From Macrostomum hystrix (lineage: Eukaryota > Animalia > Platyhelminthes): a stretch of 64,000 bases of DNA. The notes beneath the pieces are model-generated. The model made no database searches. It was not told the DNA's origin and was given only the letters and a program-made list of their open reading frames with translations. This document shows, one piece after another, positions 1-12,499 of this stretch (positions are counted from its first letter, which is position 1; every line of letters starts with the position of its first letter). The stretch is from NCBI GenBank assembly GCA_950097015.1, contig CATNEN010000001.1, positions 18,600,001 to 18,664,000 on the forward strand, given 5' to 3'. The position numbers were made by a program, and so were the translations under genes.

Positions 1-1720
1 ATATAGCTATATAACAGTTTCTTTCTTTCACTGTTTCAATAGAATAGGCACTTGTGAAAGCCCAAGAATAAACAGAAGTTAGACTTGAAGTATCTAGAGC
101 AGAAAATAGGAGTTGTAACCTAGCTATATAGTATATAGGCATTTAAGCCTCACTTGGTACAATTCATTATAATATGGTGCAAAAATATGTATTTTTTGCT
201 AAATAAAAGTAAATGTACACTATGCGCTTTAAAGTAACTCTCTTTTTGTAAAAAATATTCCTGTGGCTTCATAATATATCCTAACTAAGCTACAATGACA
301 TTGCTGATCAAATAGACTTTCACTTAATAATTAACTTATATATAGATAAACCACAAAGTGATGGCGAGTTTGATATCGGTGTTTATATTCACTTTGTCTT
401 GTCTAATGAATTTCAGTGTCTTACTGTGAACAGTTTTTGAGAATTCGTTGATCGAATCGAGAATTCTCACGTACATAATAGCTAATTAATTGAGGATCCG
501 GTCAGGTCAAAGTGAAAGTTTGCAGTGCATGCGCTTTCAAAAACTTTGCTCAGGCCATTCTTTCGCTTTTAAGCTGCAATTTGAAACTAAAAAAATTGAT
601 TCTGACTTCTTATTAAGTTTAGTGCAACTGGCTTCTTCTGAGACAAAACTTTTTATTGCCTGCGGTCAAAATACATGTGTTTGTTAAATTTTACATTCAC
701 GTCGCCTTTTTACGGACTCAAATCGGACGGAAAACGGACCATCACAATTATGCGATTTCTACCTATTCTATATACTCCTAAATACATAGCTATTCGAGAT
801 GTAATGCAATTAAAGCAGTTGCCGCATTATCAATCATTTTATACGGCTATTGAGCGGTTTACTGCAGACGGCCGGAATATGCATGGCCGACCAGAAGATC
901 GAATTGTATACACGCTCAGAATAGTTTGATGATTCCACTATATACTCGTAAATTGCTTCACTGATGCACACAAATTTTATTTCCTAGCTCTCACTGATCA
1001 GTAAAACAGTAAGTATATGTGTAAATAATTTATATCTAAAAACTAAATATTACGATTATACAAACCAAACATTTAACTTGCTGCACTACTAACGTTTAAA
1101 TACGAGTAGTATTTCAAGCATGTTAGGTTCTGTACAGTAGATCAAAAAATTACCTTTTGCGGACTGGAATCGGACTGTTGGAATTACACAATTTTTCATC
1201 TTTTAAATGCATAAGTAACGGAAAATAAAGCCTTTTATGACGTTTTCAGCAGCTAACTCAAGAATTTTTTTATGGAACATCGTCCTCCTCGTCGCCCTTT
1301 TGAGGACTCAAAACGGACCGCGGACGCGTCGGCCTTTTGCGGACTAATTTCGGACTGTACGAATTACACATTTTTTCATCTTTTAAATGCATTTAGAACT
1401 GAAATCAAGGCCTTTTAAGACGTTTTTAGCAGCTAACTCACGAGTAATTTTTTTTGGAACATCGTCCTTCTCGTCGGCCTTTTTCGGACTCAAATCGGAC
1501 CATTTTGGAGCCGGTCGACGCGTCGGCCATTTTCGGACTAAAATCGGACTGTACGAAGTACACATTTTTTCATCTTTTAAATGCATTTATAACTGAAATC
1601 AATACCTCTTAAGACGTTTTCAGCAGCTAATTCGATTTTTTTTTAGCTGAGCTGACATAGGGTTAGATCGGACCGTAGGCGTCGAAAAGACGTCTTTTCG
1701 ACGATGCTTTTTACACCGGG
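1..1720 (-). mobile_element. Terminal arm of a DNA transposon (probably CMC/EnSpm-like); the element lies upstream of 1720
   Basis: Reverse complement of 24905-26563 with scattered substitutions and indels. Ends ...TTTTACACCGGG at 1720, exactly where the BEL pol remnant begins. Has ~185-bp subterminal tandem repeats (~1150-1640) and a 24-bp perfect palindrome (1680-1703). Confidence 0.7.
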
Positions 1721-3171
1721 AAGCGACACAAAGGAAAGTGACTGGCGGTTAAGCCCAGAGCGGTTTTCGAGCTACCGCAAATTGCGCAGCGTGACGGCAT
1801 GGGTTCAACGTTTCATCAGCAATTGTCGACTGCAAAAAGATCAGAGGAGAGTGGAAGAGCTCGAGGTTGCCGAGTTGCAAGATGCCGAGGAGGGGATTCT
1901 GCAAATGGCGCAAGAAGAGACATTCAAAGCTGAAATTTAAAAAATCCGTCATGGAAGGCCAGTCTCGTCAACCAGTCAACTCCGCTGTCTTCAACCGTTC
2001 CTAGACAAAGAGGGGCTTAATGCGAGTTGACGGAAGGTTAAAGTTCGACCAGGCGAAGCTGGGTGACGAAGCTTTTAGTGAAGTGCTACCATGAAGATCA
2101 AGGGCATGGCGGGACCAACCAGACGCTGGCAGCGCTGTCGACGAAGTTTTAGCTGATCAATGGGCGAGAAGCTATTCGTGAATGGGAGAGAGAGTGCGCG
2201 CGGTGCAGAAGGCAAAAGGCTAGGCCCGAAGTACAGCAGATTGCGCCACTACCTGAGGCCAGGCTGAAGAACTCGCTCCGCGCGTTCAGCTACATTGCGG
2301 CGGACTTCGGTGGTCCGTTCGAAACTATTCAAGGACGAGGAAAGCGAAGGATGAAGCGCTATCTGGCTCTCTTCACTTGTCTAGAGACGAGAGCAGTGTA
2401 CCTGGAGATGGCCTACAGCTTGGACTCCGATTCGTTTCTTTCGCGCGCATGATCAACAGGAGAGGACGGCCACTCGAGGTGTACTCAGACAACGGCGGGA
2501 ACTTCGTCAAAGGAGAGCGAGAACTTCGGGAATACGAGCAGCGGGATAAGATCCAGCGAGCGGCAGCTGAGCGCGGCATCAAGTGGCGCTTCCAGCCTCC
2601 GGCAGCTACCCACTTCGGCGGCGCTCACGAGGTAATGATCCGCGCCGTCAAGCGAGCTGTCCTCGCAATCCTCGGCAACGCGGATATCACCGACGAAGAG
2701 CTGCACTCCGCCTTCACGGGCGCGGAGGCGCTAATCAACTCCAGACCGCTGACGTATCAAACTGCGAACCCGAGAGACGACACGCCACTTACGCCAAACC
2801 ATTTCCTGCACGGACAGCTGGGCGGCGACTTCGCGTCGGAGGTGGCGACCGACATCAGCGACAATCCGCGGCGGCGCTGGCGACGTGTGCAAGAACTGGT
2901 GCGGCACTTCTGGCATCGCTGGCTGCGAGAGTGGGTGCCGCAGCTCAACGCCCGGAGCAAGTGGGCCAAGCAGCAGCCGGACCTGGCAGTCGGTGACGTC
3001 GTGCTGGCGCTGCGGCCGGATGCGCCTCGAGGACACTGGCCGCTTGGACGAGTTCTCGATGTCTTCCCCGGACGGGACGGATACGTGCGCGCTGCCAGAG
3101 TAAAAACCAGCGGCGGCACCTTTGTGCGACCCGTGGCCAAGTTGTGTCTGCTGCAGCGGTGTGATGAGTGA
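1721..3171 (+). pseudogene. BEL/Pao LTR-retrotransposon pol remnant (integrase and C-terminal DUF5641-like region), frameshifted
   Basis: Motifs ECARCRRQKA, DFGGPF, YSDNGGNF, PPAATHFGGAHEVMI, EALINSRPL, LTPNHFL, FWHRWLREW, WPLGRV...DGYVR. Stops and frameshifts upstream of ~2440; 5' part cut off by the DNA-transposon end at 1720. Confidence 0.92.
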
Positions 3172-4435
3172 CAACTCCTGTTTATGGACTGTTTAGCTTG
3201 AATTGACTTAATTTGATATTTTTTGCGGTAGCGATTAACAATTTGCAATTGAAACGGTGAGGGTCTTTTGCTAGCCAGTGACCTGCCCCCTGGGGAGGAT
3301 TTTAGGAAACAAGGCAGCGGTGGAGACAATGGGTCCCAGCGCGAAGCTGCTCACGAGTTGTCACGAGATACAGCGGGGAAGAAGGGGAGAAGTCAAAGGC
3401 TGCAACTGAGTGGTCCTATTGGCCTCAGGCTGGCCAGTCCCACCCAACCCATAGGCCACAGGCATGACTGCCGTGCCTACCCCAAGCAGTGCTCGAAACC
3501 GGCTAAAAGTCTAAATGGATGTCGGACTACCCGCAAGCGGATAGGACAGGGCTAGATAGCCTACTGTCATCAGTAGCATGTTCGTAACTGACTCCTAACT
3601 TTGGTAGCAGTGGTCGACTCGGCCTAGGCTCTTGTCTTAGAAATGCGGAAAGGCTATCGGCAAAGCGGATAAATGATCGAAGGTAGCGCCACCACCCAAT
3701 GCGCCTACGTTGCCACCGCAGACATTTGGGAACTTGGGTCCCCGGAGCTCGCAGCTCCCAGTTTGTCACACAGATCTTAGACAAGCCGAAAAATAGAGCA
3801 TTCTGTAACTTCCGTTTTAGACTAGGGTGAAGACCCCAGAATGAATCGAGTCACGCCTCAACAGGGGATTCCTGAAACTGCGCTACAGTGGTCTAGAAAG
3901 GTGGTACTCAGAACCTGAATGAGAAATCCATAGCCAGAATCCTACTCATGAGACGTTAGACACATTCCGTACATTAGGCTACAGCCTACACATTAGATAA
4001 CTAGCAAATCCGAATCTGTGTGAGTTGAGGAAATCAGAGGCAGGAGAGATTAAGCTGAACACTGGCTGAGTGATTATGCAAGTAGGAAATTATTAGATCA
4101 CGCCCCTCGCTCCCATGGCCGCGGTTGCGAGAGGCGGGGAATAGAGGGAGAATTCAATTTGGCAAAGGAACTTGACGCGTACACTGGAATCCGCCGAGAG
4201 AGTGAGGAAAACCGGCCAAGAAATCCCCCACCTCTTAGGCAGAAATCCCCCACCTCTGGGGGCCGCCCGAGCCTCGCAAGGGAGCAATCCCTACCGAAAG
4301 ACGGCAACCCAAAGCCCAATGCTGTTTACCGCGGCGGAGGGTAGCTTCCTCGGAAGCTGGCTAGGGGTTTATCTAGCCCCCGACCGGTTACCCACCCATT
4401 TTTCTATATTTTTCGCCTCACCTTTCCAGCACTGC

Positions 4436-5371
4436 ATGAGTACTACAACAAATCCTGACTCGGCTCGGGAGCCGTCAATTCCCGCGGACGGGGGTCCGTC
4501 TATCCCCCAACCCTCCAACCCGGAGGAAAACCCAACTGCCGCGAACGCCGCGGTAAACTCTCAGCTCCAACCCGGAGCACTCAACTCCACCCCCCTACGG
4601 GGTGAGCCCACCGTCGAAGACTACCGCCTCGTCACCCACCGACGGCCGAATAGGCCCAACGTGAAAAACTCGGAGCGGAAGAGGCAGCAGCCGGATGACC
4701 GCACCGCCACCCCCCTTGACCCGAAAAGAACAAAGGGCAAAGAGACCACCGGCTCGTACGCCAAGGTTGCGGCCGAGCCGAAGTTTAAAATCTGCATCCG
4801 CGCCGAAAGCGGAACGCTGAGCGAGACCCAGACGACAGCTGCCACCAACAAGATCGACAGCTTCCTCTGGGACAATGACACACTCGACATTCAGATCGAG
4901 TCGATTCGCTACGCCAACGGCAATATCATCCTCACCTTTAAGGACGAGGCTTACCTGGAGAAGGCGCTCGCCTGCCTCCAGTGTATCGAGTGGGACCTCG
5001 ACGACTTGGCCCTTCCCAAGATCGTCGTTGAGCGAGCCCGCCCCCCGCCACCGTGCAAGCGTTACCGAGCCTTCTACTCGGGCCCGAGAACTATCGAGGA
5101 GATCCGTGCGCGACTCCTCAGCAAACACCCCGACCTACCGCAGGACGGAATCCGGGCCTTCAAGGAGGTCCCCGCCAAGGATGCAGCCGGCAAGACGCTC
5201 TACATGGGACTGTCTGCCGAATGGGAGGCCGCCCTGCAGAGGAGCGAGTTCGCCGTCTACATGGGAGCGTGGAAGGTCGTTTTCCACATTCTGTCCAGGC
5301 GCAGGCACACCGGCGGCGAGCGACGCCGAGGGGAATCCGAGAGCTCGGATGGCTCAGAGAACGATGCGTAA
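4436..5371 (+). CDS. LINE ORF1 (Gag-like, resembling LOA-clade/DUF4780-type ORF1)
   Basis: Open from ATG 4436, directly upstream of ORF2. Disordered N-terminus, then [15 protein letters not shown]...; the DUF4780 resemblance is from memory. Confidence 0.75.
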   Translation: MSTTTNPDSAREPSIPADGGPSIPQPSNPEENPTAANAAVNSQLQPGALNSTPLRGEPTVEDYRLVTHRRPNRPNVKNSERKRQQPDDRTATPLDPKRTKGKETTGSYAKVAAEPKFKICIRAESGTLSETQTTAATNKIDSFLWDNDTLDIQIESIRYANGNIILTFKDEAYLEKALACLQCIEWDLDDLALPKIVVERARPPPPCKRYRAFYSGPRTIEEIRARLLSKHPDLPQDGIRAFKEVPAKDAAGKTLYMGLSAEWEAALQRSEFAVYMGAWKVVFHILSRRRHTGGERRRGESESSDGSENDA

Positions 5372-5401
5372 GCATGTTCTCAGCATCATGCCATCTGAAA
5401 C

Positions 5402-8400
5402 ATGATGAGGCGTGATCGTCTGAGGGCGGGTCCCACGGGCCAGCCCAGTGATGATCTTTCAACACGCAATACTACCAGTAATACACTTTCTTCGCTTACT
5501 GGTAACGCGCTAAATCTGCACATTGTCCAGATCAACCTGCATCATGCAACTGCAGCCTCAAATAATCTAACCGGCGTCTTCGATGGAAAAGACGTTGATA
5601 TCTACCTCATTCAGGAACCATATACCCGCAGAGGCAAGCCGGCCTGTTTGCCAAACGGGTACCAAACCCTTTATTATTGTACCGATGAAACTCCTAGGGC
5701 TATTGCCCTCGTGAAAAGTGACATACCAGTCACCATGATGCCCATGTACTGCTCTAAGGACATATGTACCTTCGCTGCTTTCGACGTAATTCTGGCGTCT
5801 GCCTACCTAGACATCCAGGAGGAGGTCCCGCCACCACGCTTGCAAGAGCTGGCTGACTTCTGCAACCTGGAGAACAGGAAGCTCATCATTAGCTGTGATG
5901 CCAATGCCCACAACACTGCATGGTCCAGCAGTGACACAAACAGGAGAGGTGACCTGCTCATTGATTTCATTAACGCCTCTACCATGCATATCTGCAACAG
6001 AGGCAGAAAGCCCACCTTTGTTATTTCTAACAGACGTGATGTTATAGACCTAACCTTGGCCTCTAGTAACGCCCTGAACCATGTCCAGAACTGGATGGTC
6101 AGGGACGACATACCCTCGCTCTCGGATCACTCGTACATTCAGTACCGAATCTCCGCCGAAGGATCCCGCCTGCCCTGCGCCGACCGCCCCAACCTGAAGA
6201 AGGCTGATTGGCCCGGGTTCCGCAGAGACCTAAGCAACCTCCTGGCCGAGGCAACCGAGGCCCTGCAGGGAACTGATCTGCCCAGCATCGAAAACCGCTG
6301 CAATACTCTCACTAACCTGTTACATACCGCCATTCGTGAAAACGCCCCCAAGGTAAAGCACAGGAAGAAATATTCGCCCTGGTGGAACCCCGAGCTCACC
6401 CGCTTGAAAAAGACCTCGCGCCGGCTGCAACGCCTTGCGCACAGCAGCAACACCCCGGTGGACTGGGAGAACTACCACTCTGCCCTAAGGATCTACAAAA
6501 GCAGCATCCAACGGGCGAAGAAGAACACCTGGAAGGCCTACTGTGCCAGCCTGGAGGGTCAGCACCCTACGGCACGGCTGATCAGGTCACTCAGGCACGA
6601 CAACCTCGCTCAGTGCAACTCTCTCCTGCATCTGGACGGTAACTACACCAGCACCGCAGAAGAATCCTTAAATCTGTTATTCTCTACCTGTTTTCCACAG
6701 GTTGAAAACCCCGAAAATGTGGTGAACGACCACAGACCACAGGATCGCGACCTCTTTCAGCAATGCGCCTCGCCGAGCCTGCTGAGGCTAGCGGCTGACT
6801 CCTTCAAGCCTTTTAAGGCCCCAGGCCCGGACAAGATCAGCCCCTGTATCCTACAGGAGGCGCTTAAACTTCAGAGTTTCTCTGAAGCTCTCTCAAAATT
6901 GATCATTGACTGTTTTGTTACAGGCTACATACCTACCACCTGGAGAACCTCCAGGGTTGTCTTCATCCCCAAACCTGCGAAGGGCGACTATACCAACGTG
7001 AAATCTTTCCGCCCCATTAGCCTCACCTCCTTCTGCGTCAAGCTGATGGAAAGGCTCATTCTATGGAGGCTCCGAGACTGCGACCTGCGGTCAGCCCCCA
7101 TTAGTAAGTACCAGTTCGCTTTCCAACCTGGTAAAACTACCGAGCACGCGCTCCATGTTATTACTTCTGCTATTGAGAAAGCCATCCTTAGCAAGCAACT
7201 CGCTCTCGGGCTGTTTGTTGATATCGAAGGGGCCTTTGACAACGTCAACTTTGGCTCCTTCAGAGATACCCTTTCAGACAGAGGCGTCAGACCCAGCATA
7301 ACTCGCTGGATCGACTTCATGATCCGCAACAGATCCGTTACCTCCACGCTCATGAACATCACCTGCACCCGCGCAGTGATGAAAGGTGGCGCCCAGGGCG
7401 GTGTGCTTACCCCGCTGCTCTGGAACCTCGTCATGGACGAGCTCCTGACGGCTGATGTACCTAGCAGTGTCACCAGGGCCGGCTATGCCGATGACGTCGC
7501 CGCGGTGGTCAGCGGGCCAGACACCAGCACCCTGCGTAACCTGCTATAGCAATTCGCCAACAAGGCAGGAAACTGGGCCACCCAGCATGGCCTCAAAATC
7601 AGCGTCACCAAGACGGTAGCAATTGTCTTCACTCGAAAACGTAAGTGGGACATGCAAAACCTCACCATGTATGGTAGGAACATCCCTTTCGAAAAGGAAA
7701 CCAAGTACCTAGGTGTAACGCTCACGCACGATCTGCGCTGGACAAAACACCTTGGAAACATCATCGGACGAGCAAAACGCTGCTTCGCCCAAGTTCGTAG
7801 GGCCATTGGACCGACCTGGGGCCTCACCCCGAGAACGGTCCGCTGGATCTACACCGGTATCATTAGACCGAGTATTACGTATGCGAGCCTCATCTGGTCC
7901 AGCGTACTGGAACAGAAAACCGCCCGCGACCGACTCTACCAGCTGCAGGGCAGCATCTGCCGTGCCATTGCAGGTGCGTACCCCTCCACCCCATACGAGG
8001 GCCTTAATACTATCTTAAACATGCCTCCGCTCTATTTGTTTATTAGGGCGGAGGCTATGAAGTGCGCCTACCGGCTTATCTGCGATAAATCCATTAAGAA
8101 TACGCCAACCGGATTTATTCCTGACAAATCTCTCATTCCGCATCTGGACTATGTCCGCCGTGACCTTGCACACATCCACATCGACCCCAACGATGTGGAT
8201 AGCCAGCCTCCCTCCCTCATCCTCAGGAGGGGTTTTAGCGCCGTCATCCCTGACCGTGGTAGCACTCAGCTGGACGTCGGCGTAAACCAGCGCAGCCAGG
8301 GTATCCACTGCTTTACCGATGGCTCGCTGAGCAACGGCCTAGCCGGAGCAGGCATTGCCATCTTCCATGAGGGTAAGGCGCTCCTTCAGGAGAGCCTTCA

Positions 8401-9205
8401 CCTTGGTGAGAACACGTCGGTCTTCCAAGCCGAAATCTACGCCATTAACCAATGCGCCAAACACCTCCTCAATGCCAACGTCAGCAGATTCAACATCTGC
8501 ATCTATTCTGACAGTCAAGCCGCCCTCAAGGCTCTGTCTGCCGTCAAACTCTCCACTCGGACGGTCTCTGACTGCCACCGAGACCTGCAGTCACTCGCGG
8601 TCCTTAACAGGATCAGCCTAATCTGGATCCCAGGCCACAGCAACATCCTTGGCAACGAACTCGCGGACAAACTCGCCAAGGATGGCAGCAACCCGGACAA
8701 CAACCACCGCCCGATCAGGGTACCGGTACCTAAATCCCTCATCAACCGCACTGTTGACAGGTGGCTAAATCAGCAACACCAGCTCCACTGGAGTAGCTGC
8801 ACCGACTATAGGCAGACCCGTATGGCCATGCCGATCATTAACCGAAAAGTCTCTGACTTTTTGATTTCACTTAATAGAACTGACCTCAGGGAGATGTGCA
8901 TGGTCATCACGGGCCATGGCTTCTTCCAGAGACACATTTCGCTACAAACTGGCTGCTCCCCCACCTGTCCCTTCTGTGGCATAGGTAAAGAAACCGCTGC
9001 GCATCACGTGACATTCTGCCCCTACTTCGATAAGGCGCGCAACTGGCACCTCGGCCACCCGCAAGGGATGGACGAACTGACCACTCCGGACAACATCCGA
9101 GACCTTCGCGCCTTCGTCCGTGACACCGGCCGGATGAAGGTCGCCGACGCCTCCCCGGCGAACCTGCCGACTGCTGGCGTGGGGTGGGCGCACCCCCAAG
9201 GCTGA
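5402..9205 (+). pseudogene. LINE ORF2 (APE endonuclease, RT, RNase H, CCHC finger) with a single in-frame TAG at 7547-7549
   Basis: QINLHH, IQEP, DANAH, SDH (APE); [32 protein letters not shown] (RT); [33 protein letters not shown] (RNase H); CPFC...H...C. ORFs 5402 and 7652 are in the same frame. Confidence 0.95.
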
Positions 9206-10633
9206 GGCCACCTTCCTTTTACCTTGGGGTTGCGATAGGGGCCTCGCGGCCTATTCGCGGCGTCTCGCCCCCCGCCAGTAGTAGTAAGTAAGTAAGTAGG
9301 CAGAAATGCACACGCTACATCCCGCATTTAGCTCGCAAATCCCTAGCTCCCTACTACTCTCATGCGCGCTTTACAGTTGCCTTCCTGCCGCAGCCTTCAG
9401 CTCGGCCGTGCCAGAGCCCATCCCCCTAGTAAGTTAGCCACTCATGGTTGAGGGCTGTCTAGCGAATAAATAAGAGGAAGAGAAATGCATAGTGAGAAAG
9501 GTTTAAGTTCTTGTTAAATTAGCCCGATGAGTTAAATGATTGCCGTGAATAGATAGTTTATTAGGCTAAAACAAATCTTTGCCCTCGCCCCAATTGCCCA
9601 CTAGCTAAATTAGGATCCCTTAGGGATAACAATTAATAACCGCTGCGCGGGTTACTTATCTGCGATGCTGGTTGACAGGCTGCAGGCGGTTGTTCTCGCT
9701 GGGAAGGGCAATTGAAAGAGGAAGTAGGGACGGGGGTGTCTAGTGCAATTGGCAAGGGGCCAAATCGCAGGAGCACACGGCTCAATTGGAGCTCACCCAA
9801 AGAGGTGGCTTAAATGCTCAGGGGCTATGCAGGTAATTTACCTGTGGCTGTTCTCAGGAGCCTCAGGCTCAGGGGCTAAGTTCTAGACTTTCAGGGGGAG
9901 AGTCCACGGACCGGGTTCCGGGACTAGACCGGGGGAGTGACAGGGAGGAGAAGCTCTCGCTCCGGGGAGGAAAAAGTTTAAGGTTGGGGGAAGGTCCCTT
10001 TTTTTAGGGGCAGCGCAGCGCGCTTTCTTAAATAGTCCTGCAGCTCCGTCAACCTCGCATTCATCAAGATAACCCACATGCTCGCCAGCCTGTCAGCGAG
10101 GAATCGGGTCGGCATTACGCCACCCCAATTGCCCACTGAAGCGGCGGCGAGAATCGCCAGATGCCCCACTAGGAGCGTCTGCCGGCAGTCGGCCAATGAT
10201 TGTGATCCCGCCGGGATATGGGAAGCGCAGGCGCCGACCTGCCTATAGTGTCGTTACATGTATCTAAAGGGGGAAAGGTCATAATCGAGCTTCGGCTCGG
10301 GTTACAGTAAAGAAGAGGGGGACATGAAGAATTACTGCTCACTCTAGACGCATGAGTGATCCCTAAAATCTGATCGCGGTTTGGAGGGGAATCATGACCT
10401 AGACTAGTCCATACAGTATTGCTATGGCCGCGATCAGTCACTTCTACAGGGGACTAGACAGATCCGAGACAAGGGGAATCGGCGGCTACTTAATTCACCT
10501 CCGCCCCAAGTCTGGCCCGAAGATTAATGATGGTGTCCTGCGGCCAGCTGCTATCGCGATTATTGACTTGCTAAAAATGGAAAAATTTGGCTGGCTCACA
10601 TCCCCACTCGATTCCGCAGCACACTCCACATCA

Positions 10634-10653
10634 CTCCACCTTCGCTCACTTTC
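10634..10653 (-). promoter_or_regulatory. Polypurine tract
   Basis: Minus strand GAAAGTGAGCGAAGGTGGAG abuts the 3' LTR. Confidence 0.7.
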
Positions 10654-11625
10654 ACGTAAGGCACTTCGTGCTTACTGTCAGTAGTGGGGTGTCTCGCGAA
10701 TCGAGGGGGCAAAAAGACTTACATTACCCTACTGCATACCGTAAAGAATCCTAAGAAGAAATCCGCTAGAGAAGAAATCCTAGGTTATCGTACGACAATA
10801 CTGCTATAAATAGATTTTGTGCGAGAGTGTAAAAGGTCGGCGCCCCTAGCGACTAAGGGATAGAGTCCTGAGGGGAGGTGGGTGCGCATTCCGGCTGAGT
10901 TAAAGTTGTTCTCGCTGCCCAGGGGTGCCGTGTCCCGGCTCGCCTTCTCCTCCAGGTGGCTGCAGCTGTCCCCGTCTTTCCTTGCCCGGCTTGGTCTCGG
11001 TTGCGCAATCCTGGGAGGCTCCGGCCGTTTTCTCCTTGAGTCCGAGGGTCCGGCCGTGCTCTTCTCCAGGTGGCTCCAGGTTGGTTGGCCCGTTCGCGCC
11101 TTCCCGATTCCGTTGCCGGGCCGTGGTAGCCTCTGATTCGCCGCGCGCCCAGGTGTTTTCAGCTGGCCGGGCCCGAAAATTCTCGTCGGGCCGGTTGCCT
11201 AGCCGTTGCGCGCGGCCCAATCGGCGCTGCAGCTGGTCGCAGCTGGGAAAAACCGCTGCTCAGGCCGCTTTGCGATGCTGTTGCCGGCCGCAGGGTTTCC
11301 TCACCGAAAAGGTCAGGGCCCCAACAACTAAACTGTTACCATGGGCCCCCTAAACTGGTTCTGCCCGGAATTCCCACTTTGCTCCCATTGGCTAGCCGTT
11401 AGACCGCCACGTCTCCCTAAATTAGCCCTATAAAAACAACCTCTTGACGCCCCATTAACCTCAAGCCTGTTATCTCTCCAAACAATCACCTAACCTACAG
11501 CAAGCTTTTCTAAATTCTCCTCGGCTAACCGCTAAGCTGCAAAAAGTAACCTTCGAGAGTTGCCTGCAATCGCCACCTAGTCTGCGTCGCCCGATCGCTT
11601 AATTACGTGCTCTGATTCTTGCACT

Positions 11626-12223
11626 ATGGCCCAGCCGCAGTCTGGAGAAGAAAGGTGAGTTATTTGACTTCTACTCGGCCCCCCAAGGCCGGTTATTAAG
11701 GATAATTGCGAGGGTTTTGTCATAATAATTAGAATAAACAGAGTCCCCCTTACCCACGGCACGCCTACTTACCCCAAAAATTTGAAATTGACCCCGGCCC
11801 AACAGTGTGAAAAACCCCTCCTTAGTTACCGATTGGTTAAATTGAGAGTTATTTAGATTGTAATTTCCCACACTACCCCCTCTCTTCTTTCAGTGACTAC
11901 CTACCCGGATTTTTAAATCCGCCTCGGCGCCGGGCCAGCTCCGGCGAGCCTATAGCGATGTCAATTATTCTGAGTAAGTTTAATCATTAATGTGCCGACA
12001 CTCCCGCACTTCTCTCCCGCCCGCGCTTCGCTATTCGAGACTCTATTGACTAACTACCCTTCTCTTCCACCTTACTCCTGCAGACATGAACGTGCCCGAG
12101 GGCCGCGAAGAGGATGTTGCCGCCATCGCACTTGGCTTCATCCGGGGCCCACTGGGCGTGGCCCTGGCGGCCGGCATCTTCGCTGTCGCTCTGGCGCTGG
12201 CTGTAATCGCCTTCCTACTGTAA
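11626..12223 (+). CDS. Spliced 82-aa protein with C-terminal transmembrane segment, antisense within the LTR element (exons 11626-11654, 11894-11973, 12084-12223)
   Basis: Donors GTGAGT and GTAAGT, pyrimidine-rich CAG acceptors, matching phases (2, 1). TATAAAA at ~11429 and AATAAA at ~12353. Product MAQPQSGEESDYLPGFLNPPRRRASSGEPIAMSIILNMNVPEGREEDVAAIALGFIRGPLGVALAAGIFAVALALAVIAFLL. Confidence 0.72.
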
Positions 12224-12499
12224 TAACCTGGCGCCCACTACCATTTCTGGGCCGGCCACGCCACGTGACGCTGCCCTGCCTAAATTTTTTTTTACTAACT
12301 TGACTATGCCTAACTTTTCAACAACGAATGGTGCTACCGCTCTGGGTTTATAAATAAAATGTGCCAACTTAACATCTTCTGCCATCAATATTTGAATGTG
12401 CGAAATAGAACTCACTATCTTTACCCGACTTCTTTCCTAGATGAAACATTACTACTCAAGTTTTACAACCGCCCACTCTTTAAACAAACATTAAGAAGA

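Larger units (their letters stand above)
4247..9296 (+). mobile_element. Full-length non-LTR retrotransposon, LOA/Lian-like (R1 group), with RNase H
   Basis: 11-bp TSD TAGGCAGAAAT (4236-4246 and 9297-9307); the empty site is visible in the other LTR (~17898-17908). ORF1 plus ORF2; 3' tail of (TAG)n/(TAAG)n. Confidence 0.93.
3250..10633 (-). repeat. 3' LTR (~2.3 kb once the LINE insertion is removed)
   Basis: TGAAACGG...CCACATCA; matches 16912-18664 except for the LINE, the ~570-bp segment near 9430-10002 and very few substitutions. Confidence 0.93.

Noticed and set aside
490-1596. Short ORFs in the terminal arm, and their mirror at 25645-25899
   Set aside because: They lie in AT-rich repeat sequence with no recognisable motif; recurrence only reflects the inverted duplication.
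4595-9327. Antisense and alternate-frame ORFs over the LINE, and similar ones over the BEL and gag genes
   Set aside because: Shadow ORFs of GC-rich coding sequence.
10882-11353. GC-rich overlapping ORFs near the PPT as a further accessory gene
   Set aside because: Several frames are open on both strands with no convincing start or motif; a real one cannot be chosen.
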